A stretch of DNA of 38,710 nucleotides from positions 100,801-139,510 of the forward strand of contig JBNGIO010005748.1 of assembly GCA_049999805.1 (NCBI GenBank), written 5' to 3'. The DNA comes from Folioceros fuciformis (Eukaryota). The position numbers were made by a program, and so were the translations under genes. Positions 1 to 10,667 of the stretch are shown piece by piece (the first letter of the stretch is position 1; each line of letters begins with the position of its first letter). The notes beneath the pieces are model-generated. The model ran no database searches. It saw nothing but the letters and a program-made list of their open reading frames with translations, and had not been told where the DNA came from.

Positions 1-127
1 GTGTGCGGTTTGGGTTGTTGTTGGAGGTAGGCAAGAGGGCAGGGTGCGCTTGGTACGTCGCAATGTGGGTTAAGCTTTGATTTTGCATGAAAATCTGGGA
101 ATTTTGTTTGATGTTGCCAATTTGCAG

Positions 128-1517
128 GTACTTCAATTTGAACGGATGGCCGTCGTCTTCCGTGTCTGCAGTCCCTCCCGAAACTGACGCTGACAGAGAG
201 CGTGTAATCGACGTGCTGCAGGTGAGCATGTGGGTTTTGATGTTTCTCACAGCTCAGTGGCGGCTATTTACTCATGAGAGCAGTGAGCGTGGGAGCAGCG
301 GTTTTCATATTGTGGTCGCACGCAGGATTGGAAGACGGAAAAGTACAAAGATTTTATTCGGTCGGGCACTGTACGTAGCTTGCCCTGTCACTCTGTGACA
401 TTGGCTGCTGCGAAACGAGAGCATGATTTTGAAAAATCCTTGTTTGAAATGCAGGTGGAGACGCGACCTGGAGTCTTAAGACTGATGGATGATGCCCGTG
501 CAGCTGTCCGTTCTGTTGACTTACCACACGTCTTCTTTTCTGGATGGCAGCTGCAAACCACCGAAACATGAGGTTCAGAAGCTTACTGGATTGTGTACGC
601 AGGGTAAGAAGCTGGCAGTATGCTCTGCCGCTACGAAGAGTTCGGTTGTTTTCTGTCTTACAAATCTGCTCGGTGAGGTATGTCCTTCAGCAGGTACCCA
701 GCAGATAGGCATCAAACAGTAACGAACCAAAGCTTGATAGTAAGGTTGGTTGGAAACTTGCAGGAGCGTTTTGGAAACCTAGATTGCTTCCTTGCAGGTG
801 AGCTCAAGTTCTGATTCTCGTGTGTACCGTCAACTTCTAGGTCTAGTTAGGCCTTTCTCCTCAACGTGAACTTGCCGTGACCGTTCGGTTTGTGCATGAT
901 AATCTGGCTGGGTTTGGCAGGAGACGATGTTGACAAGAAGAAACCAGATCCATCAATCTACATAGCTGCTGCAGAAGTAAGTTTCCACAGGGAACAGTTT
1001 AAACCGGCAGAAGTGTTGATTTATCTTAGGGTCGCCAACTTCGTTGGTCTGGCAGAAACTTGGAGTGTCCCCCGAAAACTCATTGGTTGTCGAGGACAGC
1101 GTGATTGGGCTTCAGGTGGGCATCTTCCCAAACTGTTTCTAGAACAAGCATGGCTTAATCTTGTTGAGATATCTGAAATGGTTTCTTGTCAGGCCGCATC
1201 GGGTGCTGGAATGCGATGTATCGTGTCCTTCACATCCTCGACAAGTCAGCAGGTATCTTCATGCAGCGCACTGCATAATGCTGCCTCAGATTACAGCCAT
1301 AGTTTTGCCACTAAGTGGATCCGTATGGTTGTCTCTGAAGGATTTCAGCACAGCAAAAGCAGTGTATCCGGACCTTGGAAATGTTAGGTGAGGCATGACA
1401 ACTGATTCGTTGACTGCTTGGTTTAAGATTACTATACTCTGAAAAGTGGTATTTCGTCCACTGCGCAGTCTGAATGATTTGGATGAGCTCTTTGAAACTG
1501 CCCCTGCTGCGGTTTAG
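128..1517 (+). CDS. HAD-superfamily hydrolase, CbbY-like (At4g39970-type), 5'-truncated by the window; 10 visible exons
   Basis: GT-AG exons 128-221, 326-370, 455-505, 603-677, 764-797, 921-976, 1056-1115, 1193-1252, 1341-1387 and 1469-1517 splice in frame to ...YFNLNGWPSS...DWKTEKYK...RPGVLRLMDDARAAGKKLAVCSAATKSSV...FLAGDDVDKKKPDPSIY...LVVEDSVIGLQAASGAGM...VYPDLGNVSLNDLDELFETAPAAV*. HAD motifs II-IV are present (CSA, KKPDP, VEDS). Confidence 0.93.
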
Positions 1518-1692
1518 GAACAAGGCACAACAAGCATCGTTGATCAAGTAATTTCGACGAATCCGCCAGCAGGTGCGTTTTTGCTCATCACCCTGCTTAA
1601 AATGTGCTGATGAACGTTTGCTGAAATTGGCAATTTATCTTGAGTTCCTAACAAATTAAGGGTTCCAAATCACAAGATGGTCCACGTAGCAG

Positions 1693-4419
1693 TCAGCACC
1701 ACACAAGTTTCCTAGAGCCAGCGAGGTTTGCGGTCAAGCAGGATTCGTAGAATATTGGTCGGGCGTCTGCACCTTCTGCCACTGTCAACACCATTGCCAC
1801 ATCATCTGAAACCTCCATTTCCGTCGAAATCTCTGTCATTATGTGCGGACAAACGTAATCAACTCACAAACTCTCTGGTCTTGCACAGTTTTAGGATTGG
1901 TAGAGCAAGGTTCCTCACCTGGATATTTGTCCTTGACAAGCTTGGCTGCCTTCCTAGTTTCACACCACACATGAAGGACACACTGAGAAAACCCGTGTCT
2001 CTTCTTTACACCCCTCCTTGCCACTACCTGTTAATGGAACGTGCCCGGAATCACTTGCACAAGAACAAATAAGTATACACATGACGCTAAGCTGCAGATG
2101 TCGCAGGCTTCTCGAGTTCTTCGAAATATTTTGTCAGGGATTGGAGAACTTACCAAACCAAATAGTTTCTTTCTTAAAAGATCGACAGCAGTATGTTCGT
2201 TGAATTTCTCTGGATCTGGGTAGGACATAGCTCGAGTCACTGAAACCCCCACGCGTCGACCTGATATTGTGCAGATATAGTCAACTTTCTTCATGTTCAG
2301 GAAGCTGTATTCCACCTGAAATGTGTTTAGCCCATACTCAGTTTGCAGCAAGAAATGAAAAATACTGTCGGGAACTGGACTTCAGCAAAAGGTCTGGAAT
2401 ACCTCCGTTTCAGACACAACTTCTCTAGCGTGAAATGTCCGGACGAAATACTCCACGGATAGAACCTGTGTAGCACAGCACAGGGTTTCCCGAAGTCAGA
2501 TGTTAGCTAGGACTTCGCTAGGATAACGGAGGCCAGGTGTATGGACACGAAAGGCAAGATAAGACCTCAGAAATAGACACGAACAGGCGAGATAACACTC
2601 CAGAAATACACGCGACAAGGCGGAATAAAACCTCAGAAATAGAGGATTTGCCTCCGGCGTTCGGCTTTGTGGCAACCCTTCTAGCTTCATGTCCCAGCAA
2701 AAACCCCATGAACGGAGAGAAAGCCGTGAAATGCCCCACTAAAATCTGTCCGCATTTTGGGGTGAGATTGTCGTGAGTCTTAAGCCGGTGTCTGCAATCC
2801 TCCTCATCTAATCCGTCCTTGGCTCGTGTCAGTGCAATTGTCAGAAGCAAGTTCTCCTTGATTGGCGTAGTCACAGAAAAATCTCTGTTGACCATCATAA
2901 GGAGGGGTTGGGTTCTCTCAGCTGCATTGTCGCTGACTGCTGTGTTACAACTTACATCACAGGAGCTTGATGTAGTAACGGATGAACAATCTGATCTCTT
3001 TGCAGGAAGTTGACAGTTCCTAGGCTGTGGTAGGGACCCTGCCTCTCCTGATTTCTCCAGTCCCTCTCCTCTGCCACAAGTGTCTGCCACCTTCTCGTTA
3101 CGCTGTTTCCTTAGTTGTAGGATTGGAAATAGCATCCTCGAACGGGCTTGCGGTGCCTGTTTCAATGTTATTCCCTTACCTATGCATTGGATATTCAGAT
3201 GAGCCAAGTTGTGATCGATGGTCATACGTGCTCTGAATGTGCAATTCGTTGCTGCATGATTGAGCAGGTTTCGGTTCGGTCTTCTGTAGCCTCTCTGCTC
3301 AATCTCAGAATGTGGTCTGCATTTCTTGACTAGCGGTAGAAATCCCTGTTGCACTGCAGTATGTACCCTTTCCAGGTCATGTGACGAGCCAGTAGTCACT
3401 TTGACAGTAGACCATGAACATCTGCACTTCGTAGTATGAACTGGCTGTGTGCGACTGTCATGCAATTGGGTAGACTCCTGGATCGATGGCCACCTTTCCT
3501 CCTCCAACATTGTCCTGTCATGATTATGTGGGGCGGAAAGTAGGATCCTGTTGCCACCGATAGGATCACCAATTGATCGTAGGGAGCTTTCACCATTGCG
3601 CACAGGCTCAGAAACAAAGTTATGCCTGATAGTCGTGTCATGATAGATAGCTCCTGTGGCTGTGCTACTTACTGAGAGCCTGTGTGTAGAGTCTGATGAT
3701 GTATGGCAGCCTCTCTGTGGAGAGCTATAGGCTTGGGCATCTTGTTGCACGTCACCAAGAATTTTAACCACCAGGTTAGGACAAGTTGTGTGCCTTGAAG
3801 GTCCAGCTGATGATTTTCTGGGCGATTGTCCTTCATTACCTCTGCAGGTTCTAACCGAGTCAGAGGTCGCCTGGCAAGGCCGGGCTCTTGAATCTGTGGC
3901 TGGTGGATGCAAAACCTTGGTTGTCAAAGAGCCTTCCATCAAATCCGTCGTCTCCTGAAGATCCAATCTCTTGGATTCTGTCCAGGGTTTCTGGTTCAAA
4001 GTAGGGGAGTTTGCGGAGGACATGCTTGTGCTCGGCCTTTTCTTTCTCTTTCCACGGGTCTCCTCTGATGATTCGAAACTGAGCTTCTTCCCGCATCCGT
4101 CTGGCCTCTGCAATAACTCTGTCTCTTTCTGCGTAGAACTTGTTGCAGGCATCCTCTCTTCGCTTGAGCTCGGCTTCTTGACCTTCGACACTGCAGGCGC
4201 TGTGGTAGTGCCATTTAGCGAGGAGCTTGGCCGTGAGGGCTGCTGAGCTTGAAGATCTTCTTCCTTTGGTTGTGTCGATGAAGGCGTGTGGCCCTCGTCC
4301 TGTGCAATAAGGGACTGGAATGACTGGGTGCCACTTGTATCCAATTCGGTGGCTGAGAGGCGTCGCACCGGTGTTGTTACCTCCGAAGGGTCCCTCCACT
4401 TCTGATTCACTGTCACCAT
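1693..4419 (-). CDS. AAC4-like protein (family named after Dictyostelium AAC-rich mRNA clone AAC4): long S/T/P-rich N-terminus plus conserved C-terminal domain; 5 exons
   Basis: Minus-strand exons 4419-2632 (or 2566), 2465-2403, 2315-2154, 2027-1919 and 1832-1693 with GT-AG borders give PNAGGKSSISEVLSVEYF...SETEVEYSFLNMKKVDYICTISGRRVGVSVTRAMSYP...LLRKKLFGLVVARRGV...CVLHVWCE...MVLTVAE...IFYE...VWC*. The NAGGxSxxSE, KxxDY, GVSVTRA and LHVW motifs match the AAC4 family as I recall it. The start codon is uncertain. Confidence 0.75.
2546..2643 (-). repeat. Three degenerate ~33-bp tandem copies spanning the first exon/intron junction of the AAC4-like gene
   Basis: Minus strand: TCTATTTCTGAG|GTTTTATTCCGCCTTGTCGCG / TGTATTTCTGGAGTGTTATCTCGCCTGTTCGTG / TCTATTTCTGAG|GTCTTATCTTGCCTTTCGTG. 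Confidence 0.85.
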
Positions 4420-6192
4420 CTTCTTCCTCCTTAGACTTCTTAGACCTTGTGGTAGATGGTTCAGATGATTTGGCCATTGTCGTACAGCTCTAGAGCGTGT
4501 CCGTAGGCTATGGACTACGGGAAAATGGTCTCAAAGGTGCTGCATCAGAGTGGATCCGTCGTCATATAAGCTCGTGTGGTGCGCTGGTTCCTGTGAGGCC
4601 CATTGGATTCAGTTCCTCCTGTCGTAATGTTGCAAAGCCTATCCTGTCCAAACTAAGGCCTTGGAAGAGTAAAGGGAAGCGGGAGAGGGCCCAGAGAGTC
4701 TACAGTACACCCCTTCCAAACCCGATACACCCTGGCTCAAGACTTGTTGCTGTCTGCAGACTCGTCAATCAAGAATAAGGTCCTCCTCCCTGTTAACCAC
4801 AAGACAATTCGAAGGGAGAGCAGCAGAGGACGTTAGAAAAGGACATTATGAAGGAAGTCTGGGTACTTCTGAAGTACCTTGAGAGGTGTGCACTTCAAGC
4901 AAAGGCACAGGTTCAGGAAGCAAGTAACTGAGATCCATCACTCTATCATGATCTCTGATGCCATCTCGAAGGTTCCGATATGGTGTTGCCAAATTAGAAT
5001 GAGCACCATGAAAGCAGCAGAGCAAATCTCTTGGCGTTTCGCCCGACTTGTTGCTCAAAGTTTCTCACATCCTCCCAAGAGGCAAACGTTAATCAGGCTG
5101 ATGAAAGGAATCTTAAAGGGGATCAGGGAGTGAACCAAACCTGGCTGTTGTCGAATCATACAGCGCAGACAGAAGCGTTGCTGCTTGTTCTTTGCTGGGC
5201 GAAGAGCGCAGACGAAGTGAGTATGCGAATCTTGGAAGTAGTAGCAGCGAGGCTGCTCTACTTTTGTAGCCCGTAGGAGCCGAGCTCAAGTTAAGACAAG
5301 GACTCGAGCCATTCTTGACATTCTCACCTTCTTGTGAGGACGTGTGCTGACAAAGGCTCCTGAAGAAGGAAGCCGTAGCTAGCAAGCCATCGACGTGGAT
5401 GCTCGACAGATTCGCAAATTATTCAACCGGCCTGGCTGTTCGTTTCGTAGCGTCGCACGGTTCCAGTGTCGTTCTCCACGGCAGTATGCCACGTCGGCCA
5501 AACGCATTCGCCGCGCAAGTTTAGCCGCGGCGAAACGGAACGAGGTGAGCCTGTGGACTTGTCCAGTGCCGAGGCAAGGGACGACGAGCAGGTTGCGGCA
5601 AAGCAAAGGTAGACAGGTTGATGTCGGGAATGATACGATTCTGTCGTGTTTGCTCTCGTTCGCAGTGCGTGCGCAGCGTTGTGGATTCTTGAGTCGGAGC
5701 GTGCTGGCGTGTGCATGGCCGTCAGGAATGGCGATGGTCAGGGAACGACAACAGGCCTTGGCTTTGACAAGTAAATGGGAGGGTGGAGGATGGCTTGACA
5801 ACGGCATCGGCGTTGAGCAGGGCGTGCAGGGTGTGACTTGCGTCCATGGGCCGCAATGGCAATGGCAATGGCTTTGATTACTGCTGTTTGGCAGGAGTTC
5901 GTGTATGGTTTTGCAGAGGCACAACGATGATAATCGGGGATCCAACCCGATGATTCGACGGTCAGACAGGAACACGCGGGCGGGGCGGCGGGCGGGAGTA
6001 GCAGCGAAGGGCGAACGGCATCGAATGCACCGCTTGCGCATCCCGTGACACTTGGGGGCTCACATGACGAGCCGCACTGGAGTGCAGCCTGGAGGCTTGG
6101 CAGGAACGTCCATCACTTCGGCGAGGAACCGGCCCCGGACATGGCAATGGCAGCTCTCGCTGCGGTGCCGTGGTCCCTGTATTCAGGATACG

Positions 6193-6241
6193 CTCACGGC
6201 TCGGAGCTCACGCCTTACGGCTTACGGCTTACGGCTCACGG
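6193..6241. repeat. Short heptamer repeat CT(T/C)ACGG
   Basis: CTTACGG at 6214, 6221 and 6228; CTCACGG at 6235 and 6193. Confidence 0.8.
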
Positions 6242-6573
6242 CACGACTCGACGCTGTACCTGGCAGCATTTGACATGTGTAACATGAGTATGCCATCGTC
6301 GCTGCAACAACCTTAGGCCAGCAGCAGGGCAAGGAGTCTGGAAGGCAGTAGCTTGGAGCTGTGGTCGCCCAGCTGGTGCAAGAGAAAAAGTAATATCTGG
6401 TTAGGGTTAGAAAGGTGGGGGTGGAGGCTGCGAATCCTCCCCTTCCTTCAGGAGAGGGGAAGTAGCGCATTTCAGGGATCTTGTCAGTGGCCAGATCTTT
6501 GCGTACACACCGAGCGTGAGGCTGTATGTACGCGGGCATGATACAGTACCTGCACGACTACATGCTTCAGCAG

Positions 6574-6676
6574 TGGGCAGGGGCAAGGCCGGGGGCAACG
6601 GCAGCGGCAGGGGCAGGGACAGGGACAGGGACAGCGTCTGGGACATGTACAGGGGCAGTGGCTGTGGCAGTGGCAG
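6574..6676. repeat. Degenerate hexamer repeat (GGGGCA/GGGACA/GTGGCA)
   Basis: Runs such as GGCAGGGGCAGGGACAGGGACAGGGACA and GGCAGTGGCTGTGGCAGTGGCA are seen directly. Confidence 0.75.
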
Positions 6677-8470
6677 AGCACATAAGGGGGGTGCATACTC
6701 TTTTCTAGCACTTTCGTAGTTCACGATGCGTTGACAAGGATGCCTTGTGTTTTTTCACAGCCTCCAAGCGTAATGAGCAGGATCTTCCAAGCTCCATCAA
6801 CAGGAGCTTCCAAACCCTCATCACAGCAGGAACAGCAGGAGCAGCAGTGTCCCCCGGGCGGGGAGGTGGCCTGGTACCAGATTGTAGCAGATAGCGATGC
6901 CATGCAGCATGGCTGTCGGTGCGGAATCTGCAGGGCCTGCCTGCCTGATGCACAAATTCACAGCGTTTTCTATGCAGATAGCAGGCAGGCCATGGAAGAG
7001 CGCGCCGTGGTGCTTGTGGAGGTGGCAGAGGCGGTGGATGTGGGACCCCGTCGCCTCTCACATTTGTACATACTTCCCGTTTCAGACTCTTCAAGGTACT
7101 GTACATCCGGACTGTGAAATGAAAACCTAAAAGGGGCACGGGGAAAGCAGTAAGCCAACTGTCCCAGTGCAAAAGGAGTCTAGCAAGCCAGAGACACCAA
7201 AATCAAAATCTCTGAAAAGCGATGTGCACACTTCAGTGCCAGGCAGCAAGGCCAGTCCGATGTCCGCTGTCCCCCGTCGCCCGTCCTGTGTTGCAGCCCT
7301 GGACTTGTCCGCCTTGCCTCATTTCCATTCGTATCATTTTCTGGCTTGTGCCCCTCTCTTTCTTTACTCTCCTTTCATAACCTTTCCTTCCTCCTGCCCC
7401 CGGCCCCTGCTGATACCCCTGCCCCTTCACTTCGCTCTACTGTCACGGCCACGACACGCCGCCTGCAGTTACTGTTGTTTTTCATCTTCAATGGAAACGA
7501 AGGTAGGCAACTAACTTGCCCAGGTGACAGTTTTGCGCGCGCGTGGTCCTGCCGTGCACCGCGATGCAGCGGTGGAATCCTCTCTTGTTCCTTTTTCCTC
7601 TGGTTTGGGTGCGGTAACTGCTGTGCGACTACGGCTGGGCCGCGGTGGCTCATCGGCGGGGCAGCCAGGCTGGAGGTGTGGAGGCCGAGAGCCGACATGG
7701 GCGAAACGGTGGCTTGCCGGACGAAGCGGAGACTATCTGGGAGCTGAGATCTGTGAGCGGAACCCGAGTTGACAAAGTCGTCAGCAGGCAGGCACCAGTT
7801 CGATTTGAGTGTGTTGCAGTCGCCCAGTGCAGTCCAGTCCAGTTTCGTTGCCTCCGCTTTCCGCTTCTCCGTTTCATTTGCAAATCCGGAGGCCCGGACG
7901 TCCCAGTTTTGAGATGGAGATTGGGTGGTCGCTAATTAGCGTGGGTGCCGCGCGACCGACGACCAAGGGATCTTTCAATTTATGTCATAGCCCGATTCCC
8001 AGAGACCACAGCCCCGAGGTCCGCCATGGCAACTGCATCATGGCCAAGAATCTGGCGGTCCACCGGACTCTTGGTCCCCTGCCTTACCCACTCCTGGGCG
8101 GAAACTTCCTGATTAGGCTTAGCTTGCCACGTCTCTAACGTACATCGCAGAGTAACCGCATTGGCGGATATCTCTACCCCATAGTTCTGCCCTTCCACCT
8201 CCACGGAGCCTTCCCGTCCGGGCACCCCGCCCTCCGTTTCTTGATAAAAAATATATTCTATCTAGCTCAGTGTTAATCATGGTTCGAATAGTTGAGGGTG
8301 CTTTTAGATACAGCTAAGCTAAGCTAAGCGAAGGATGAAAGAAATGAATATAAGTTGAAGGTATCTTCTGATTGCCATTGGGGTATTCGACTCCCATAAG
8401 GCATCAAAGTTTGAATGAAGAGTCGAGTTTTGGATCTCCAAAAGCATTTTGGCATATTCGACTTTTGGGC

Positions 8471-8540
8471 GCGCATTCAACTTTTGAATTAAAGACGTTT
8501 GAGAGCGCACATTCAAGGTTTTGAATTAAAGAAGTTTGGA
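8471..8540. repeat. Imperfect ~35-bp direct duplication in an AT-rich island
   Basis: GCGCATTCAACTTTTGAATTAAAGACGTTTGAGA is followed by GCGCACATTCAAGGTTTTGAATTAAAGAAGTTTGGA. The motif TATTCGACT recurs at about 8384, 8455 and 8542. Confidence 0.7.
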
Positions 8541-10667
8541 ATATTCGACTCAGCATCTATTTGTTCGACCTTGTCCAGAGTAAGAAGCTGAATGTAAAGT
8601 AATATGACTTAACCTCTATTTACTCATTGTTACCATGTGTGAGATATCATTGGGTTCCTGTGATACATTTGCTAACAAGGATTCAAATGTTCGTTTGACA
8701 AGGATTTGTCTCGCGCCAACATGTCTTGGTAGGCCCCATCTCTAGCCGCAATTTGAAGTGTCCTGATTGGCCCAGTCACTTGGTAGGCCCAGCCATGTGA
8801 CTGACACGTGACAACCAGCTACTCACACGTGTAGGTTGCGTGAGGACAGAGCAATCGAACCCGGACCGATCAATTGAAGCCACTTGGCGTGACAAGAAAG
8901 CAATCCAAGCCAAACCGAACCTACCAATTGAAGCCAACGGAATGCAACGGGACCTAGCCCAGCCAAGCAATCCAATCCGAACCCACCCAACTGGACCCAA
9001 CGGTTCACAACCCAACCCAAGACTACGTGACCAGTCTCCGTAGAAGAGCACTGCTTATTGGACCTTTGTGTATATGCACTGGGAGAGGAGAGTGTGGAAG
9101 GAAGGGGGAGATATGGTAATGTGGTCCGGGTCCGGGTCCGGTTCCGGATTGTGGAAGTGGACGTGTAAGGTGAGGACCCTGGGGGCGCAACAGGGCATGG
9201 CGAAACCGAGTGCAGAGAAGGAACCACCTGGCACGATGTCGTTGCTGCGTCCCCTGCAGCGCCCTGGGTGCTGAGTGTCGGGTGCTGGGCCCTGGAGGTC
9301 CTGGGTACTGGGAGTCCTGGAGGTCCTTGGGGTCCGGAGGGTCCTGGGGTCCCAGGCGTGTGCCCGCACACAGCCAGCTCTGCAAACCCGGGCTTGCAAG
9401 CACACACACATACATACATAGATCCTGGCCCCCCCCTCGGCGTCCCCTTCTTCTGGCTTCTCTTCTCTTCTCATTCTCTCTTTTCTGCTTCTCTTGGCCT
9501 CGCCTCGCATCCTCGCGTCCCTTCCCAGCGCTCGCGTCTCCCGACTTTGGCGCCAGAGAAGCCCGGCAACGCGCTCCTCCTGCGCCCGCTCTTCTCCTCT
9601 CCACTCCACTCCGCCCCAGCCCAAGCGCTTTGCAATCTGCTGCATTCCGCTCTCAGCTGCCGCTCTTTCGCTTCTCCGCTTCTCCCCGCTCGGTCTCTTC
9701 TCTGCTTCCCGCTGATTGCTCGTGTTTCTTCTGGTGCTCTGGTGCTTGAGCCTGCGCTGCCGTGCTGCTTCTGCTGCAAGCAAGCCTCCGCCCATCCCGC
9801 AATCCTCCCAGGTTACAGGCGCTGCCCAAGAGCAGAGCGTAGCGCACGCGGAGCTGGATTGGTCACGCACGGTGGCGGGAATGTGGAGCGTCGGGGCCGC
9901 TGTCCTGCAGGTGTGAAGCGGGTGGCGTACCCGAGGAAGCTCGCCTTCAAGCCTCGCCGAGTTGGTGTTGCGGTAACGGTTGAGGATTGCGCAGGCGGGC
10001 GACGGGGATAGCCAGCGACGTCGCCACAGTGACTGCTCCACAAACATCTCGTGAAATTCGCGCCACCAGGACAAGCCGTGGGATTGCGCCTCCAGGTCCT
10101 CCGACAACGCTTTGCCAAGTAATTCGAGGATTGCAGGAGCTGGAGTCAGACCGGGAGCTGCGCGCAATCACCATCTCATCCGGTAAGCCCCCGTGTCTGC
10201 CTGCAAGTGCCGCTACCTTCCTTCCTTGCGTGAATTGCCTCTACCAGTGCTTTTATCAGCCCCCGCTGAATCTGACACCCAGTTTATTGCTCCAAGCTCG
10301 CACCTGTACGGTGCGCCTCTGCTCCCTGAAACGAGGGAGGAGAGGAACAAATCCATGCACCTTGCTCGCTTACTTGCGTGCAGCTGCATGCATGTATATC
10401 GCGCTTGGCCTGCCTCTTTGCCGTGATTCAATCTTCTCCTCTCCATGAATATTCTTATGACTGTGTGTATTTGTTGGCGTGTGGAGTTGGTGAATCTCAG
10501 CCTGAGAATTTGTCCTCATCTGCCTGCATCCTGACTGCTATTGCTGTGTGCAGTGAGCTTCACGAGATTTGCTGCTGCTGCTTTGTGACACTGCCGAGCT
10601 CGCCTGGGTGGAATTGCGCGTGCCGGAGGCCGGGCGTGGGCTTAGCGTGTAGGTCCCAAGAGTCAAG

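Noticed and set aside
7150-7215. Kinase-like DFG...GTVG on the minus strand (RDFDFGVSGLLDSFCTGTVG)
   Set aside because: No HRD, VAIK or APE motif nearby, and a stop follows within a few codons; probably chance.
8823-10174. Many long overlapping ORFs on both strands (up to 370 aa), including a collagen-like GPSGPQGPPG stretch
   Set aside because: GC-rich, CT-rich low-complexity promoter or leader of the Unc13-like gene where stops are scarce; no domain motifs or consistent splicing.
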